From positions 32,001-96,000 of IMG/VR virus record IMGVR_UViG_2974628631_000001: a stretch of 64,000 nucleotides of DNA; one strand, 5' to 3'. Position numbers and translations under genes: made by a program. The notes beneath the pieces were generated by a model. It was not told the DNA's origin. It did no database searches and was given only the letters and a program-made list of their open reading frames with translations. Of the stretch, positions 1 to 10,601 are shown in pieces (the first letter of the stretch is position 1; every line of letters starts with the position of its first letter). The DNA comes from a virus (Duplodnaviria; Caudoviricetes).

Positions 1-373
1 TGAACAGAAGATTATGATTACTGGTCGAACAATTCAGCAGGCAGAGGCAACAGATTATGAAGTAAAGAATGAGCAGGCTATCAGGGCCAGAGGAGAAATT
101 GCTCTGGAATTCTCCTCTCAGTGGATTCAGTCAGAGGCAGCCGCAAAGGCTCTCGGTGACTGGATTGTCAATAACTGGGCGGACCCTTGTGATGAAGTTG
201 AAATGGATGTCTTTGGAAATCCTCTCATTCAGATTGGTGATATCATCGCAGTCAATTACCCACCTAAGGATATGGCAGCAGCAACGCATAAGTACTTTGT
301 TACGGGCGTTGACCAGGCGTGGGATAACGGTCTAACGACTAGCCTGTCTCTACGTCGCGCTAGAATTTCGTGA
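1..373 (+). CDS. minor tail protein, C-terminal part (starts upstream of window)
   Basis: Open frame to 373; GNPLIQIGDII...VTGVDQAW..GLTTSLSL resembles tail-tip/hub protein C-termini; precedes tail genes. Confidence 0.65.
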   Translation, partial: EQKIMITGRTIQQAEATDYEVKNEQAIRARGEIALEFSSQWIQSEAAAKALGDWIVNNWADPCDEVEMDVFGNPLIQIGDIIAVNYPPKDMAAATHKYFVTGVDQAWDNGLTTSLSLRRARIS

Positions 374-412
374 TATTTGACTTTCGCTTGACCGAAAGAT
401 ATAATTAATGAC

Positions 413-793
413 ATGGACCAAATTAAGTCAACGAATGTCATTAAGGCTCCAGAAATTGTTCTGGACCCCACATTCTTTCTGCCACCTGACGTTGTAGATG
501 TCAGAGTAGGTAATACAAGCGACCCTGCCGAAGAGGACGGGGTTACTTATGATGACATCGTTGATGTAGATGACGTTATTGTCTCCGACGATGATTTGGC
601 CAATCCGGGACCAGAAGTCCCGACAGACGACGATGGGGAGGGAGCAGAAGTGCTCCCTACTCCACAATGGATGAATATTATTGACCAGCAGGTTCGAATT
701 GCTCCCGATGGCAAGGCTGTCGTTGATGTTGTGATTGAGCTTGAGGACGTAGCAGGCGCAACAGAATACGATGTAAGGATGACCAAGGCGTGA
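413..793 (+). CDS. acidic minor tail-region protein
   Basis: 126 aa ORF, TATAAT upstream, overlaps next gene (GTGA). Confidence 0.6.
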   Translation: MDQIKSTNVIKAPEIVLDPTFFLPPDVVDVRVGNTSDPAEEDGVTYDDIVDVDDVIVSDDDLANPGPEVPTDDDGEGAEVLPTPQWMNIIDQQVRIAPDGKAVVDVVIELEDVAGATEYDVRMTKA

Positions 794-1683
794 AGGGCGT
801 ATACAGATTTTATCAGGGTGGCGAACTAATCGCTGAGCACAAGAACCTCTTGACCACTGAAGGTAAGAGGCTTATTTTGCGTTATCTGGCCGGACAGTCC
901 CCAAGTTTGGGTGCTGCCATCGGTCTTGGTGTTTCCGGTGCTGCGGCTACCGTTGATGACACAACTCTTGGATTTGAAATCGAGCGTGTATCAGTTGCGC
1001 TGAAGAGTGCTGATTATACAAATAGCCTTGTTCTATTCAAGGGAACTGTTGAGCAAGACACAACATTCAACATTTATGAGGCGGGTTTGTGGAGTTCATC
1101 ATCCAACACTTTGAGCGGAGAGTTTGACTCCAAGCTACTCACGACATTCGACCTAAGCCTAGAAGAGTGGACAAATGTAACTGCCGACACTACTGCAAAC
1201 AGAACCAGCGAGGATTCTGCCAAGGTGAGTGCGGCTATCTCGTCTACTACCCAGGCACGCCTTGATGTTGAAATGGACCTTTCTGGATACTCTGTGAATG
1301 ATACGTTCCTGCTTGCATTCAGTAAGCCAAACAATAATATCACTACAATCAAGCTTGTATTTGAGGACCCTATCACTGGTGGCTCTCTTTCATTGTCCAA
1401 GACAGTTTCAGCTCTCCCTACAGGATACAATATCTTGACATTCAAGAAGGGCGACTTCGTTGCTTCTGGAACAATCAATTGGGACAACATTACCCGAATG
1501 GGATTTGACGTAACCGCTGGAGGAACAGCAGGCTATGTGATTTTGGACGGGTTGCGTGTGGAAGATGTAGATACTCCTAATCAGGACTACATCCTTGTAT
1601 CTCATGCAATTCTCTCCAGTCCAATCAACAAGACAAACGTTGCTCCAATGGATGTAGAATATGCATTGGAGTTTAGTGTATGA
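790..1683 (+). CDS. minor tail protein
   Basis: N-terminal KNLLTTEGKR..LAG..IGLG...TTLGFEIER..IYEAGL pattern typical of tail-collar/fibre N-domains. Confidence 0.7.
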   Translation: MKGVYRFYQGGELIAEHKNLLTTEGKRLILRYLAGQSPSLGAAIGLGVSGAAATVDDTTLGFEIERVSVALKSADYTNSLVLFKGTVEQDTTFNIYEAGLWSSSSNTLSGEFDSKLLTTFDLSLEEWTNVTADTTANRTSEDSAKVSAAISSTTQARLDVEMDLSGYSVNDTFLLAFSKPNNNITTIKLVFEDPITGGSLSLSKTVSALPTGYNILTFKKGDFVASGTINWDNITRMGFDVTAGGTAGYVILDGLRVEDVDTPNQDYILVSHAILSSPINKTNVAPMDVEYALEFSV

Positions 1684-4600
1684 GTAGAATTCTTCTAAGA
1701 GACCTAGAGCCAGGAAGGCTTTACCACATTCAGGCAAGAGCCACGAATGGTGAACAGTCTTCTCAGTGGTCACAGCTTTGGGACCTTCAGACAACCAGCG
1801 ACATTATGCCACCAGCCGCACCTACGGGCCTTTCTTGGGTCGTTGAAGGTACGGCTTTCAAGGCTGTCTGGACAGGACCAACTCTGAATCAGGATGGTTC
1901 AGACCTGCGTGATTTCAAGGATTTCCAGGTCAAGATTTATTCTCCAGCAGCTCCCGGAACAATTGTTACATACTACACGACATCTGCCCGATTTGATTTG
2001 CCTTTTGAGAATAACGTAAACTCATTCGGCACACCACGTGCACAGGTAACAATTGAGGTTAGAGCCAGAGACAACACAGGAAACCTTTCAACATCTGCAA
2101 CAGCCACGGCAACAAATCCACCACCAGCTAACGTGACTGGATTTACAGCTACCGGAATCACTGATGCGATTTCCGTTAAGTGGAATGCAAACGCAGACAC
2201 AGACCTAAAGTATTACAAGGTTTGGCAGGGAACTGCGGCGGGGTCTGAGAACACTCTCGTATACACAGGTCTAGCTACCTCATTCGTATTCGATACCCTG
2301 TCAACATCACCTCAGTATTTCAAGATTGTAGCGGTTGACGTATTCAATTCAGAGTCAGCAACAGCGGCAACAGCCAGCGCAACTGCTAAGTCTTCCCTAG
2401 CCGTAGATGGAACTCCGCCTGCCGCTCCAACTGGAGTAACTGTTACATCAGCTCTAGACACATCTGACCCTTCTGGAGGAAGGGCTTATATTGACGTGTC
2501 TTGGACTGGTGTAGCTGACACAGACCTACAGAATTACAGCGTTCGATACAGCACTGGAACTACTTGGGAATACATTGATGTCCCTGAGGGAGTTACAACA
2601 GCTCGAATCAATGGTCTTCGTCCAAACACCAATTACAATGTAGCAGTTGCTGCCGTTGATTATTCTGGTAATTCAAGTGCTTATGTAAATGCTGGCACCT
2701 ATCCAATTCTGACAGCCAAGGATACTACAGCTCCAGCAGCTCCAACCGGAGTAACTGTTGGCGCGGGTGTTACCACAATGACTGTTGCTTGGACAGAGAA
2801 TACTGAAAACGATGTTAAGAATGGTATTGGTACTTATGAAGTACAGCTAGATACCGTTAATACATTTAATTCAGGAAATCTAATTACTAAGCAGAATTCT
2901 GGAACAATTGTTGCATTCACCAACCTGACATCTAACACGACCTACTACACAAGAGTTCGTGCAATTGATGCTACAGGAAATGCCGGGTCTTATTCATCAA
3001 TCGTTTCTGGCACCCCACGATATGTAGCCAATGCTGATATTCAGGCGGGTACAATTAGTGGTGACAAGATTACCGCAGCAAGCATTAACGGTGACCGAGT
3101 AGTAGCCAACACCCTTGACGCCAACGTGCTCAAGGCCAACACGACGTTCTCTCAGAACCTCAATGTTGGCAGTACGTTCACCATGGCTTCCAGTGGTATT
3201 ATGAAGAGCAGCAATTATGTGGCGGGTGTCTCTGGATGGCAGCTAACAAATACTACTCTTGAAATTAATCAGGGTACCATCAAGGCGGCAGCGCTTCAGC
3301 TTCAGAATGGTCACAACATGCTTCACCCTGCTTATGCAGATTGGGAGTTTGTGAAGTCATGGTACACGAATAACCTCATCACATTCAATGATGGAGGAGT
3401 TTCGACATGGGCCATTTCAGATGCTACAGATGTTACTGGTAAGTACAATACTCAGTGCATCAAGACTTCGTGGACTGGTGTCGGAACGTTCTCAAGAACG
3501 TACATGGGACCAACCTACACGTCATACAATGTTCAGCTTGAAGCCAATACGGACTACATTTTCTCTGGTTGGGTTTATGTAAAGACAGGCGCGGGTGCTA
3601 AGACAGCAGCCCTTGGAATTAAGCTAGCAGATGCTACATTCCCTGGTCCAGTTGCGAATACATCAATTCCTGCTACATCCACATGGACTCGCATTTGGGG
3701 TACATTCAATTCAGGTACTCAGACAAGCGCTGAGCTTTACCTTTCACAGTACACTTCAGGAGACATGTACTGGGATGGTCTACAGCTTGAGAAGAAGGTC
3801 ACCGCAGATACCGTTCCGTCTCAGTGGAAGCCACCAGGCTCTACATCTATCGATGGTGGAATTATTCGCACTGGTGAAATTCGTTCTACAGCAGCCGCAA
3901 GCGGCCTTGCTGGTCAACCAGCATGGTCAATCAATGTTCAGGGTAATGCCCAGTTTGGTGATGCTAACATTCGTGGACGCCTTGTTGTTGGAGACATCAA
4001 TAATCCATCAGCGGATGGTGTGAACTCAAAGATTCAGTCTGCCAATTATTCGGTAGGAACATCCGGTTGGATTGTCCGTAATGATGGATATGCCGAATTT
4101 CGTCAGCTAGCAGTCAACTCAATCAAGGTTACCGCTTTCGACTCTCCATTCCAGAACACTGCAAATGCTAAGTTGTTCGATTATATGCAGGATGCGAATC
4201 TTTGGCTACAGAGCGGTTCTGTTCAACAGAAGACCGACCCTGGCGCTTACTCTGCCGAGTCTTTGTTCGAATTTACCGGGCCGGGTTTGGTGTTGAGAAA
4301 TGGTACTGGTGTTAAGCCTATCGCTTATGACCCAACTATTCTATACCGCATTTCCGCTCGTGTTCGTGCCTTTACCGTTGCTACATTGAATAGTAATGGA
4401 ACATTTGAAGGAAACAACACAACCGGATGGACAGTAGACGCTACAAACGGAGCCACCATTGCGGCAAGTAACACCTACGCAAGCACAGGAACCTACTCAA
4501 TGAGAATGACTTCTGGTGCTTCTACTGGTGCTTCTTATCGTGCATGGACAAACGTTATTGTAAAGCCGGGGTATAACTACACAATCAATGCCAAGATTAA

Positions 4601-7600
4601 GGCAATGATTCAGGCTGCTTACTACAATGCAACTAATTATGGAAACATTGAACTTCGTGTAACATGGTTCGGAACCAGTGGATATCTTGATGAGTCAATT
4701 CAGCTTATTACCCCACCTATCGATGCCAATGGTCTTATCCTTACAGCACCTACAGATTGGTTCTCAGTTGGTGCGACATTCACAGCTCCAGCTTTGGCAA
4801 CAAACGCCAACTTCATCATTCGGCTTGCTCGTTATGATAACGTAACATCTGGAACTGTAATTGGATACATTGATGATGTTTCTGTTACAACGCCACCAAG
4901 AATTAAGCTTGGTCTATTTGGTATGGATAATGCGAATAATTTCATTGATTATGATTTTATCGATGATGCAACCACACCAACCAAGAAGCATCCAATGCCA
5001 TCAGATTACAGCACATTGTCTTCATTCTCATCAAGTCAGTACATGCTTGTGGCTGACAATGTTGAGGTGCCAATTGCAACTGGTGGTTCAAGCACCACAT
5101 CCGACTGGATTACCCTTACAGGATATATCAAGGGGCGTGGTGGTTCTGGAGCCACAGGTAAGTTCGGTAAGTCTGGAATGTTCCTTGATGAGTACACTCC
5201 TTCATCATTTAACCAGGAAGTTCGCTTCATGGTTCCTTATGTTGAATTCGATACTGCGACGGGTTCTATTGCACAGCTTGACCAGTTCTCCATTGAGTCA
5301 TATGAATCTGGTGCTGTATCCAAGATTGATACTACAGGAACTACCGACAACGCGAAGAGTGTATCGATTGAAAATATTCAGGATGCTGAACAGTTTGACC
5401 ATGCGATTAGATTCTATACTGGAGATTCAGATGAAAGGAATCCTGGTCTAATTGGTCACTCAATTGATGGTGATGAGAATAATTCTCCTCATTTGAGAAT
5501 TGCTTCTCCAACTATCAATAAGTATGGAAATCCATTTATTGGGCTATGGGAGAGAAATCCTAACTATATCTATGATGGGTCATTCTCGAATGGTATTTCT
5601 GGATGGGCAGCTTTTGGAACAAACACAACTCTTAGTTGGGAAAATAACGATGGATATGACGATAATAATTCACTAAAGGTAGCTGCCAGTGGTACTGTTA
5701 CAACTTCGTCTGAATTCATTGCAGTTTATGATGTCCCTATTAATGGAAATCCAGAACTCGTAGGTGAAGCCATTGGTGCGTCTGCATACTTGAAGACTAA
5801 CGGACCAACAAGGTCAGTAAAGGTTCAGGTAAACTTCCTTGACTCTGCGTATGCTCTAGTCAGTGGATGGTATGTCCAGAAGAATATCTCATCTAGCTGG
5901 ACAAGATATTCATTCATTACTGGCTCTACAATTCCAGACACTGCGGCATATTTGAGAATCTTCATTTACTGGACTGCTGGTGCAACTGGAGATGTAGTTT
6001 ATGTAGACAATGTGCAGATGGAAGTTGAGGGAATCACTGCTTATCGTTCAGCATCAGCAAGTAAGATTCTTCTGGATTCTGACGTTACTAAGAGTCGTGG
6101 ACCAATCATCATTTCTGAGACTGACTTTGACCTTCCACCACCTGTTATTGGCGGGTTGAATAAGCCAGACATGCCAGGATACAAGGGTGTTGTTGTACAG
6201 ACTGAGTCTGGTACTGGAGCAATGCGTCTTGTCAATTACACAGATACTAATGGAACAAGAGTTTCATGGACATCTAGCTTCTTCAGTACTGAAGGGGCGG
6301 AAGAGTCTGGCCTTGTCATCTATGGTATGGCTGATGGCTCTTTCCCTGGCAGAATGGCGATGCGCAGTCCAAATGGTTCTTGGGCATTGTCAACTCAGCC
6401 ATCGTCGGATGGTAGCTATCCATATGATGTCCATATCCATGGTTCTCTTATTGTTGACGGTCAGCTTCAGTGGGTTCCACTTACTTCAAGTGCGGTTACT
6501 CCATTTGACGCCGGGCGTGCACTTGGTGTTGCTAAGATTAACAACATGCTGGTATTCCGTGGAGCGGGTTCTTGGTCTGGTACGGCTGGTGCTTCTGGAA
6601 CAGTAATCTTTACACTTCCAGTTGGATATCGACCATCAAGTCCACAGTATATGTGTGCTCTTATGTGGAACGGTAACTCATGGTCATCAGGTGTAGCATT
6701 CCACGTGAAGACAAGCGGTGAATGTATTCTATGGTCACCACCTGAGGGTGCCGGTCTTGGTACCTCACTTTCTATTGAAGGATTGCAGATGAATCTATCA
6801 GCTATGCCTACAACATCAACTCCAGGCACAGACACAACAGCCCCATCAGCGCCTACCGGATTCACGATTTCTGCTGTATCGTCTGGAACGTCAACAGGTT
6901 CTTACAAGCTTGCTTGGACGAATCCTAGCGCTTCCGATACTGCTGGTGTTAAGGTTATCTGGCGCTCGGACCGTTATCCAACAGTAACAATTGCGGGTTC
7001 TGGTACAAAGACCTTGACAACTGATGGTACAGTGATTACGGTTACTGGTTCTGCTTCTCAGGCAAAGACCTACACACACTCTGGTATTCCAGTGAACAGA
7101 ACAATTTACTATCGTGTGGTTTCTTACGACAAGTCTGGCAACCACTCAACATATGTGAGTGCGTCTAGATACTTGCTAGCGAGCCCTATCACTATCTCAC
7201 CATCTAGCTCCGGTTCTTACCGACTAGGCTATGGAGGTATGTGGCGTAACGATGGTGATGAAGTCTATCAGGGTGACTGGACTGGAAACGACAACCATCG
7301 TGGTCTTTACTTCTACGGTACTAACATCTATAGCAAGTTGTCAACTGGTGGAGTTGTTAGAACACCTACAAAGATGACTATCTATCTAAAGAGATTGAGC
7401 ACTTCCCACGGTAATAATGCCGGGGTTGGAATCAACCTTCGTGGGCACAAGTATCAGAGCAAGCCTTCTGGTGACCCAGTAGGTTCTATGACTAATGAGG
7501 GAAGCGATGGAGATAACATCGTTTACCTAAGTCGTGGAGAGGCTGCTACGGTAACGATTCCATCTTCATGGTACAATAACTTTGTGGTGGCTGACCCGAA

Positions 7601-7721
7601 CAACACGGACCGACTTGAGGGTCTTGGTGTCTATGGTAGCTCAACCGCAGACTATGCGGTACTTTACGGTAAGTCTAGTGGTTCAAGTTACGGAAAGCTA
7701 ACTATCTACCACAAGGGTTGA
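1680..7721 (+). CDS. large tail fibre / receptor-binding minor tail protein (FN3 repeats, carbohydrate-binding-like modules)
   Basis: 2013 aa; repeated DTTAPAAPTG.V...W FN3 motifs; NGTFEG..GW / DGSFSNG..GW CBM4-9-like modules; FTLPVGYRP motif. Confidence 0.85.
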   Translation: MSRILLRDLEPGRLYHIQARATNGEQSSQWSQLWDLQTTSDIMPPAAPTGLSWVVEGTAFKAVWTGPTLNQDGSDLRDFKDFQVKIYSPAAPGTIVTYYTTSARFDLPFENNVNSFGTPRAQVTIEVRARDNTGNLSTSATATATNPPPANVTGFTATGITDAISVKWNANADTDLKYYKVWQGTAAGSENTLVYTGLATSFVFDTLSTSPQYFKIVAVDVFNSESATAATASATAKSSLAVDGTPPAAPTGVTVTSALDTSDPSGGRAYIDVSWTGVADTDLQNYSVRYSTGTTWEYIDVPEGVTTARINGLRPNTNYNVAVAAVDYSGNSSAYVNAGTYPILTAKDTTAPAAPTGVTVGAGVTTMTVAWTENTENDVKNGIGTYEVQLDTVNTFNSGNLITKQNSGTIVAFTNLTSNTTYYTRVRAIDATGNAGSYSSIVSGTPRYVANADIQAGTISGDKITAASINGDRVVANTLDANVLKANTTFSQNLNVGSTFTMASSGIMKSSNYVAGVSGWQLTNTTLEINQGTIKAAALQLQNGHNMLHPAYADWEFVKSWYTNNLITFNDGGVSTWAISDATDVTGKYNTQCIKTSWTGVGTFSRTYMGPTYTSYNVQLEANTDYIFSGWVYVKTGAGAKTAALGIKLADATFPGPVANTSIPATSTWTRIWGTFNSGTQTSAELYLSQYTSGDMYWDGLQLEKKVTADTVPSQWKPPGSTSIDGGIIRTGEIRSTAAASGLAGQPAWSINVQGNAQFGDANIRGRLVVGDINNPSADGVNSKIQSANYSVGTSGWIVRNDGYAEFRQLAVNSIKVTAFDSPFQNTANAKLFDYMQDANLWLQSGSVQQKTDPGAYSAESLFEFTGPGLVLRNGTGVKPIAYDPTILYRISARVRAFTVATLNSNGTFEGNNTTGWTVDATNGATIAASNTYASTGTYSMRMTSGASTGASYRAWTNVIVKPGYNYTINAKIKAMIQAAYYNATNYGNIELRVTWFGTSGYLDESIQLITPPIDANGLILTAPTDWFSVGATFTAPALATNANFIIRLARYDNVTSGTVIGYIDDVSVTTPPRIKLGLFGMDNANNFIDYDFIDDATTPTKKHPMPSDYSTLSSFSSSQYMLVADNVEVPIATGGSSTTSDWITLTGYIKGRGGSGATGKFGKSGMFLDEYTPSSFNQEVRFMVPYVEFDTATGSIAQLDQFSIESYESGAVSKIDTTGTTDNAKSVSIENIQDAEQFDHAIRFYTGDSDERNPGLIGHSIDGDENNSPHLRIASPTINKYGNPFIGLWERNPNYIYDGSFSNGISGWAAFGTNTTLSWENNDGYDDNNSLKVAASGTVTTSSEFIAVYDVPINGNPELVGEAIGASAYLKTNGPTRSVKVQVNFLDSAYALVSGWYVQKNISSSWTRYSFITGSTIPDTAAYLRIFIYWTAGATGDVVYVDNVQMEVEGITAYRSASASKILLDSDVTKSRGPIIISETDFDLPPPVIGGLNKPDMPGYKGVVVQTESGTGAMRLVNYTDTNGTRVSWTSSFFSTEGAEESGLVIYGMADGSFPGRMAMRSPNGSWALSTQPSSDGSYPYDVHIHGSLIVDGQLQWVPLTSSAVTPFDAGRALGVAKINNMLVFRGAGSWSGTAGASGTVIFTLPVGYRPSSPQYMCALMWNGNSWSSGVAFHVKTSGECILWSPPEGAGLGTSLSIEGLQMNLSAMPTTSTPGTDTTAPSAPTGFTISAVSSGTSTGSYKLAWTNPSASDTAGVKVIWRSDRYPTVTIAGSGTKTLTTDGTVITVTGSASQAKTYTHSGIPVNRTIYYRVVSYDKSGNHSTYVSASRYLLASPITISPSSSGSYRLGYGGMWRNDGDEVYQGDWTGNDNHRGLYFYGTNIYSKLSTGGVVRTPTKMTIYLKRLSTSHGNNAGVGINLRGHKYQSKPSGDPVGSMTNEGSDGDNIVYLSRGEAATVTIPSSWYNNFVVADPNNTDRLEGLGVYGSSTADYAVLYGKSSGSSYGKLTIYHKG

Positions 7722-7730
7722 CAAGACCTA

Positions 7731-8009
7731 GTGTCTTGTGTCTATAATATTCAAAGAGAGAAAAGAGTAAAAGAATTGAATCAGACTAAGAAGTTGGAAC
7801 TAACTATTACTGCTCTTAAGCAGAGTCTAGGTAATAAGGTTGCTAATGCTGAAGAGGAGATTGCAAGCATTAGAGCAGAGGCGTCCCTCTTGCTTGAAGA
7901 GCAGGCTGAGCAGATTGCCAAGAAGGATGAGCGAATCGCCACCCTTGAAAATGAGCTTAGTCAGCTTAAGGGAGAGGGCAATGTGGCCGTTTCGTCAGAA
8001 GACGCCTGA
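7731..8009 (+). CDS. coiled-coil protein, possible tail-fibre chaperone (true start likely later, ~7776)
   Basis: Heptad-rich ORF directly after fibre gene; listed start overlaps a promoter. Confidence 0.55.
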   Translation: MSCVYNIQREKRVKELNQTKKLELTITALKQSLGNKVANAEEEIASIRAEASLLLEEQAEQIAKKDERIATLENELSQLKGEGNVAVSSEDA

Positions 8010-8388
8010 CCTGCCACCTATTCCTCAAACTCGTACGGATTACCCATATGGCCTCTTTGTTTGCACTGAGGCCGGGTTTTTCCTTATCAGAGAAAAGGGT
8101 AGGTATCGAATCCCAACTATCAGGGTAATGGCTAGCTGGTCCGCGCCTAGTGTATCATCTAGTGAAGCAGCGGTAAAGCATCTGCCTATCCTTGGTAAGA
8201 TTGGTTTCAGAGACGGTACCATTATCCAGGATTTCTCCAATCAGAAGACATACCTTATTTCAAGAAACAAGAGAAGGCAGATTATGTCTCCCGATGTATT
8301 TGATAAGTTTCTTCTGAATAAGGAATTGCTTGTCGTAGTTTCCCATGAGGAAGCAAATCTACACGAGGATGGGGAGGTGTTGAGTTAA
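7981..8388 (+). CDS. hypothetical protein
   Basis: ATG at 7981 after GGAGAGG; coupled to neighbours. Confidence 0.6.
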   Translation: MWPFRQKTPDLPPIPQTRTDYPYGLFVCTEAGFFLIREKGRYRIPTIRVMASWSAPSVSSSEAAVKHLPILGKIGFRDGTIIQDFSNQKTYLISRNKRRQIMSPDVFDKFLLNKELLVVVSHEEANLHEDGEVLS

Positions 8389-8828
8389 TGGCTGTATCAT
8401 CATTTAAAGATGTCAACTGGGGTGCCAATGAGTACCTAGCAACTGACAAGTTGAATACCATGGTATCCAATACCAGATATCTCTTTGAGAGAGCACCGAA
8501 GTTGTATTACAACTCGTATTCAATCAAGAAGGATACTGGAATTAAGATTGCTTGTGGTACCGCGACAATTGCGCCAAGCAAGGCTCACTATTACAAGAAG
8601 ACAATCAATTTCGGTTCGTTCTTCACTGTAGGGTCTAAGCCGGTAATTGTTACAAGTGTTACTTCTCCATATAACCGTAGAATTATCCTTTCTCATTATG
8701 GAATTCAGGGAGAGGGATATGTTCCTGACCACCGAGGATTTATTGTGGTTGGAGCAACCGCTACTCTTGAGAAGTCTCATTACCTAGCAAAGCAGATTTA
8801 CATTAATTGGATTGCAATGGGTTACTAA
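8388..8828 (+). CDS. minor tail protein (gp53/H-lectin-like C-terminus)
   Basis: GIKIACG...INFG..F...P...INWIAMGY motif typical of tail-fibre-associated domains. Confidence 0.65.
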   Translation: MAVSSFKDVNWGANEYLATDKLNTMVSNTRYLFERAPKLYYNSYSIKKDTGIKIACGTATIAPSKAHYYKKTINFGSFFTVGSKPVIVTSVTSPYNRRIILSHYGIQGEGYVPDHRGFIVVGATATLEKSHYLAKQIYINWIAMGY

Positions 8829-8848
8829 ACTTGGAAGGACGTGTGTCT

Positions 8849-9130
8849 ATGAGGTATACTCCACTACAGAGGTGGCATAGACGCGACCGGAGACGCAACA
8901 CGAACGGATACGTTCTTGTATGGGTTCCGGAACATCCAAAAAGCTTTTCCGGCGGGTGGTACTATGAACATAGGCTTGCAGCAGAAAAGCTGGTGGGTCG
9001 GATTTTGAAATCCTGGGAGACTGTCCATCATATCTCTGGTGACAAAACAGATAACTCTTGGGAGAATCTGTTCATCTGTACCCGTAAGGAACACGACCGA
9101 GCAGATAGGTTGACACCACAACTTGTGTAA
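8849..9130 (+). CDS. HNH endonuclease
   Basis: YEHRL...VHHISGDKTDNSWENL..H (HNH_3-type) motif. Confidence 0.85.
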   Translation: MRYTPLQRWHRRDRRRNTNGYVLVWVPEHPKSFSGGWYYEHRLAAEKLVGRILKSWETVHHISGDKTDNSWENLFICTRKEHDRADRLTPQLV

Positions 9131-9194
9131 GATAGACTGATGTGACTGGAGAGGGCTGGGAAACCAGTCCTCTTCGTCATTGAAAGGAGAAAAT

Positions 9195-10010
9195 ATGAAA
9201 TGGGCTCTTGTAGGAGACCTACAGATTCCCTATCACGATAAGCGAGCGGTTGAGCTTTTCCTGAAGGTAATGAAGTCATGGAAGCCGGACGCTCTAGACT
9301 TCCTTGGTGACATTGATGACCAGCTAGAGTATAGCAGCTTTTCCGATGGAACTACAGACGAGTTCTTTAGTCAGCTAAAGAAGAGTAAGCAAGAGGAAGG
9401 CGAGTCGGACGAAGATTTTCGTCGTAGGCTTTCCCCGCTTCCCTTCGTAAAGGAAAATGCGGCTGGTGCCAAGGAACTCTACACTGAGGTGCGAAGCATC
9501 TTGCGGAATGCCGACATTCATGCTAGCCTAGGCAATCATGACATCCGCATCTTCAAGTACATGGACAAGAAGGCTCCAGACTATGTGGAGCAGCTAACCC
9601 CGAATATGCTGTGGGGTCTGGATGACCTAGGAATTTCATGGAGGCACTACGATTTGCCTCCGCTGCACAGATTCGGCGGGGTTCATGTACATCACGGAGC
9701 AACCACTACAACTACTGGTCTAGCCGTAAAGGCAGATATTGACAATTACAACATTTCCCTTGCAAGAGGGCATGACCATCGTGGAGGTGTAGTATATAAG
9801 ACGTACCCTATGACAGGAACGACTCTCGTTGGTTTGGGTACAGGACATCTGTGTGACCCTAGTGCATATGGTTTGCGATATACTATTAATCCTTCATGGG
9901 AATTGGGATTCGGAATTGGTCATGTAGTAAATGATGTGGCAACAATGCAATTCATTCCAATTTCAAAGGATTATGTCTGTGTGGTCGATGGCAAGGTTTT
10001 CAAGGGCTAA
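9195..10010 (+). CDS. metallophosphoesterase
   Basis: GDLQ, LGD, GNHD, HHG, GHDH calcineurin-like motifs; AAGGAG RBS. Confidence 0.85.
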   Translation: MKWALVGDLQIPYHDKRAVELFLKVMKSWKPDALDFLGDIDDQLEYSSFSDGTTDEFFSQLKKSKQEEGESDEDFRRRLSPLPFVKENAAGAKELYTEVRSILRNADIHASLGNHDIRIFKYMDKKAPDYVEQLTPNMLWGLDDLGISWRHYDLPPLHRFGGVHVHHGATTTTTGLAVKADIDNYNISLARGHDHRGGVVYKTYPMTGTTLVGLGTGHLCDPSAYGLRYTINPSWELGFGIGHVVNDVATMQFIPISKDYVCVVDGKVFKG

Positions 10011-10075
10011 TTGCACTTTGAACCATGCCTCTGCTATAATGGTGCTAGATGACAAGTAAAGGAGGTATAACCTAT

Positions 10076-10420
10076 ATGGCTTATGCCAAGTCTCTACTAG
10101 CAGTTCTAGTCACCGCCATTACAGCAATTGTCGCAGCTATGACTGACGGAGTTGTTTCTAATGTCGAGTGGATTAACGTTGGAATTGCCGCTGCTGGTGC
10201 TGCTGCTGTATTTGCAGCTCCGAACGTTCCAGGTTCTCGTTACACGAAGGCTGTACTTGCTGTAATCACAGCAATCCTTACATTCTTCGTTACCGCAGTT
10301 ACCGATGGCGTTTCTACAGCCGAGTGGCTTCAGGTGCTCGTTATTGCAGCCGGTGCCGTTGGTGTTTACGCTGTTCCTAACAAGCCAACGACTACGATTG
10401 GACAGCCGGGTGTACTGTAA
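10076..10420 (+). CDS. holin / 4-TM membrane protein
   Basis: Internally duplicated hydrophobic repeat (YAKSLLAV...EW / YTKAVLAV...EW); AGGAGG RBS. Confidence 0.7.
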   Translation: MAYAKSLLAVLVTAITAIVAAMTDGVVSNVEWINVGIAAAGAAAVFAAPNVPGSRYTKAVLAVITAILTFFVTAVTDGVSTAEWLQVLVIAAGAVGVYAVPNKPTTTIGQPGVL

Positions 10421-10601
10421 CAAGTGCAGTGGTCGTGTATTTATCGACCGGGTGTATTCTGAAAAGAAGCACGTAGAACTGTTCTGCATTGGTTGCGGTA
10501 AGCGATGGATGCTAGATAAGACGAAGAGTAGGTTTGCAGCATGGCTATGGAAGAAGGAACAAAGCCACGCCAACGCCGCAATCGCAAGTCTCCCCGATTG
10601 A
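10410..10601 (+). CDS. small zinc-ribbon protein
   Basis: CNKC...CIGCG; GTG start at 10410. Confidence 0.6.
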   Translation: MYCNKCSGRVFIDRVYSEKKHVELFCIGCGKRWMLDKTKSRFAAWLWKKEQSHANAAIASLPD

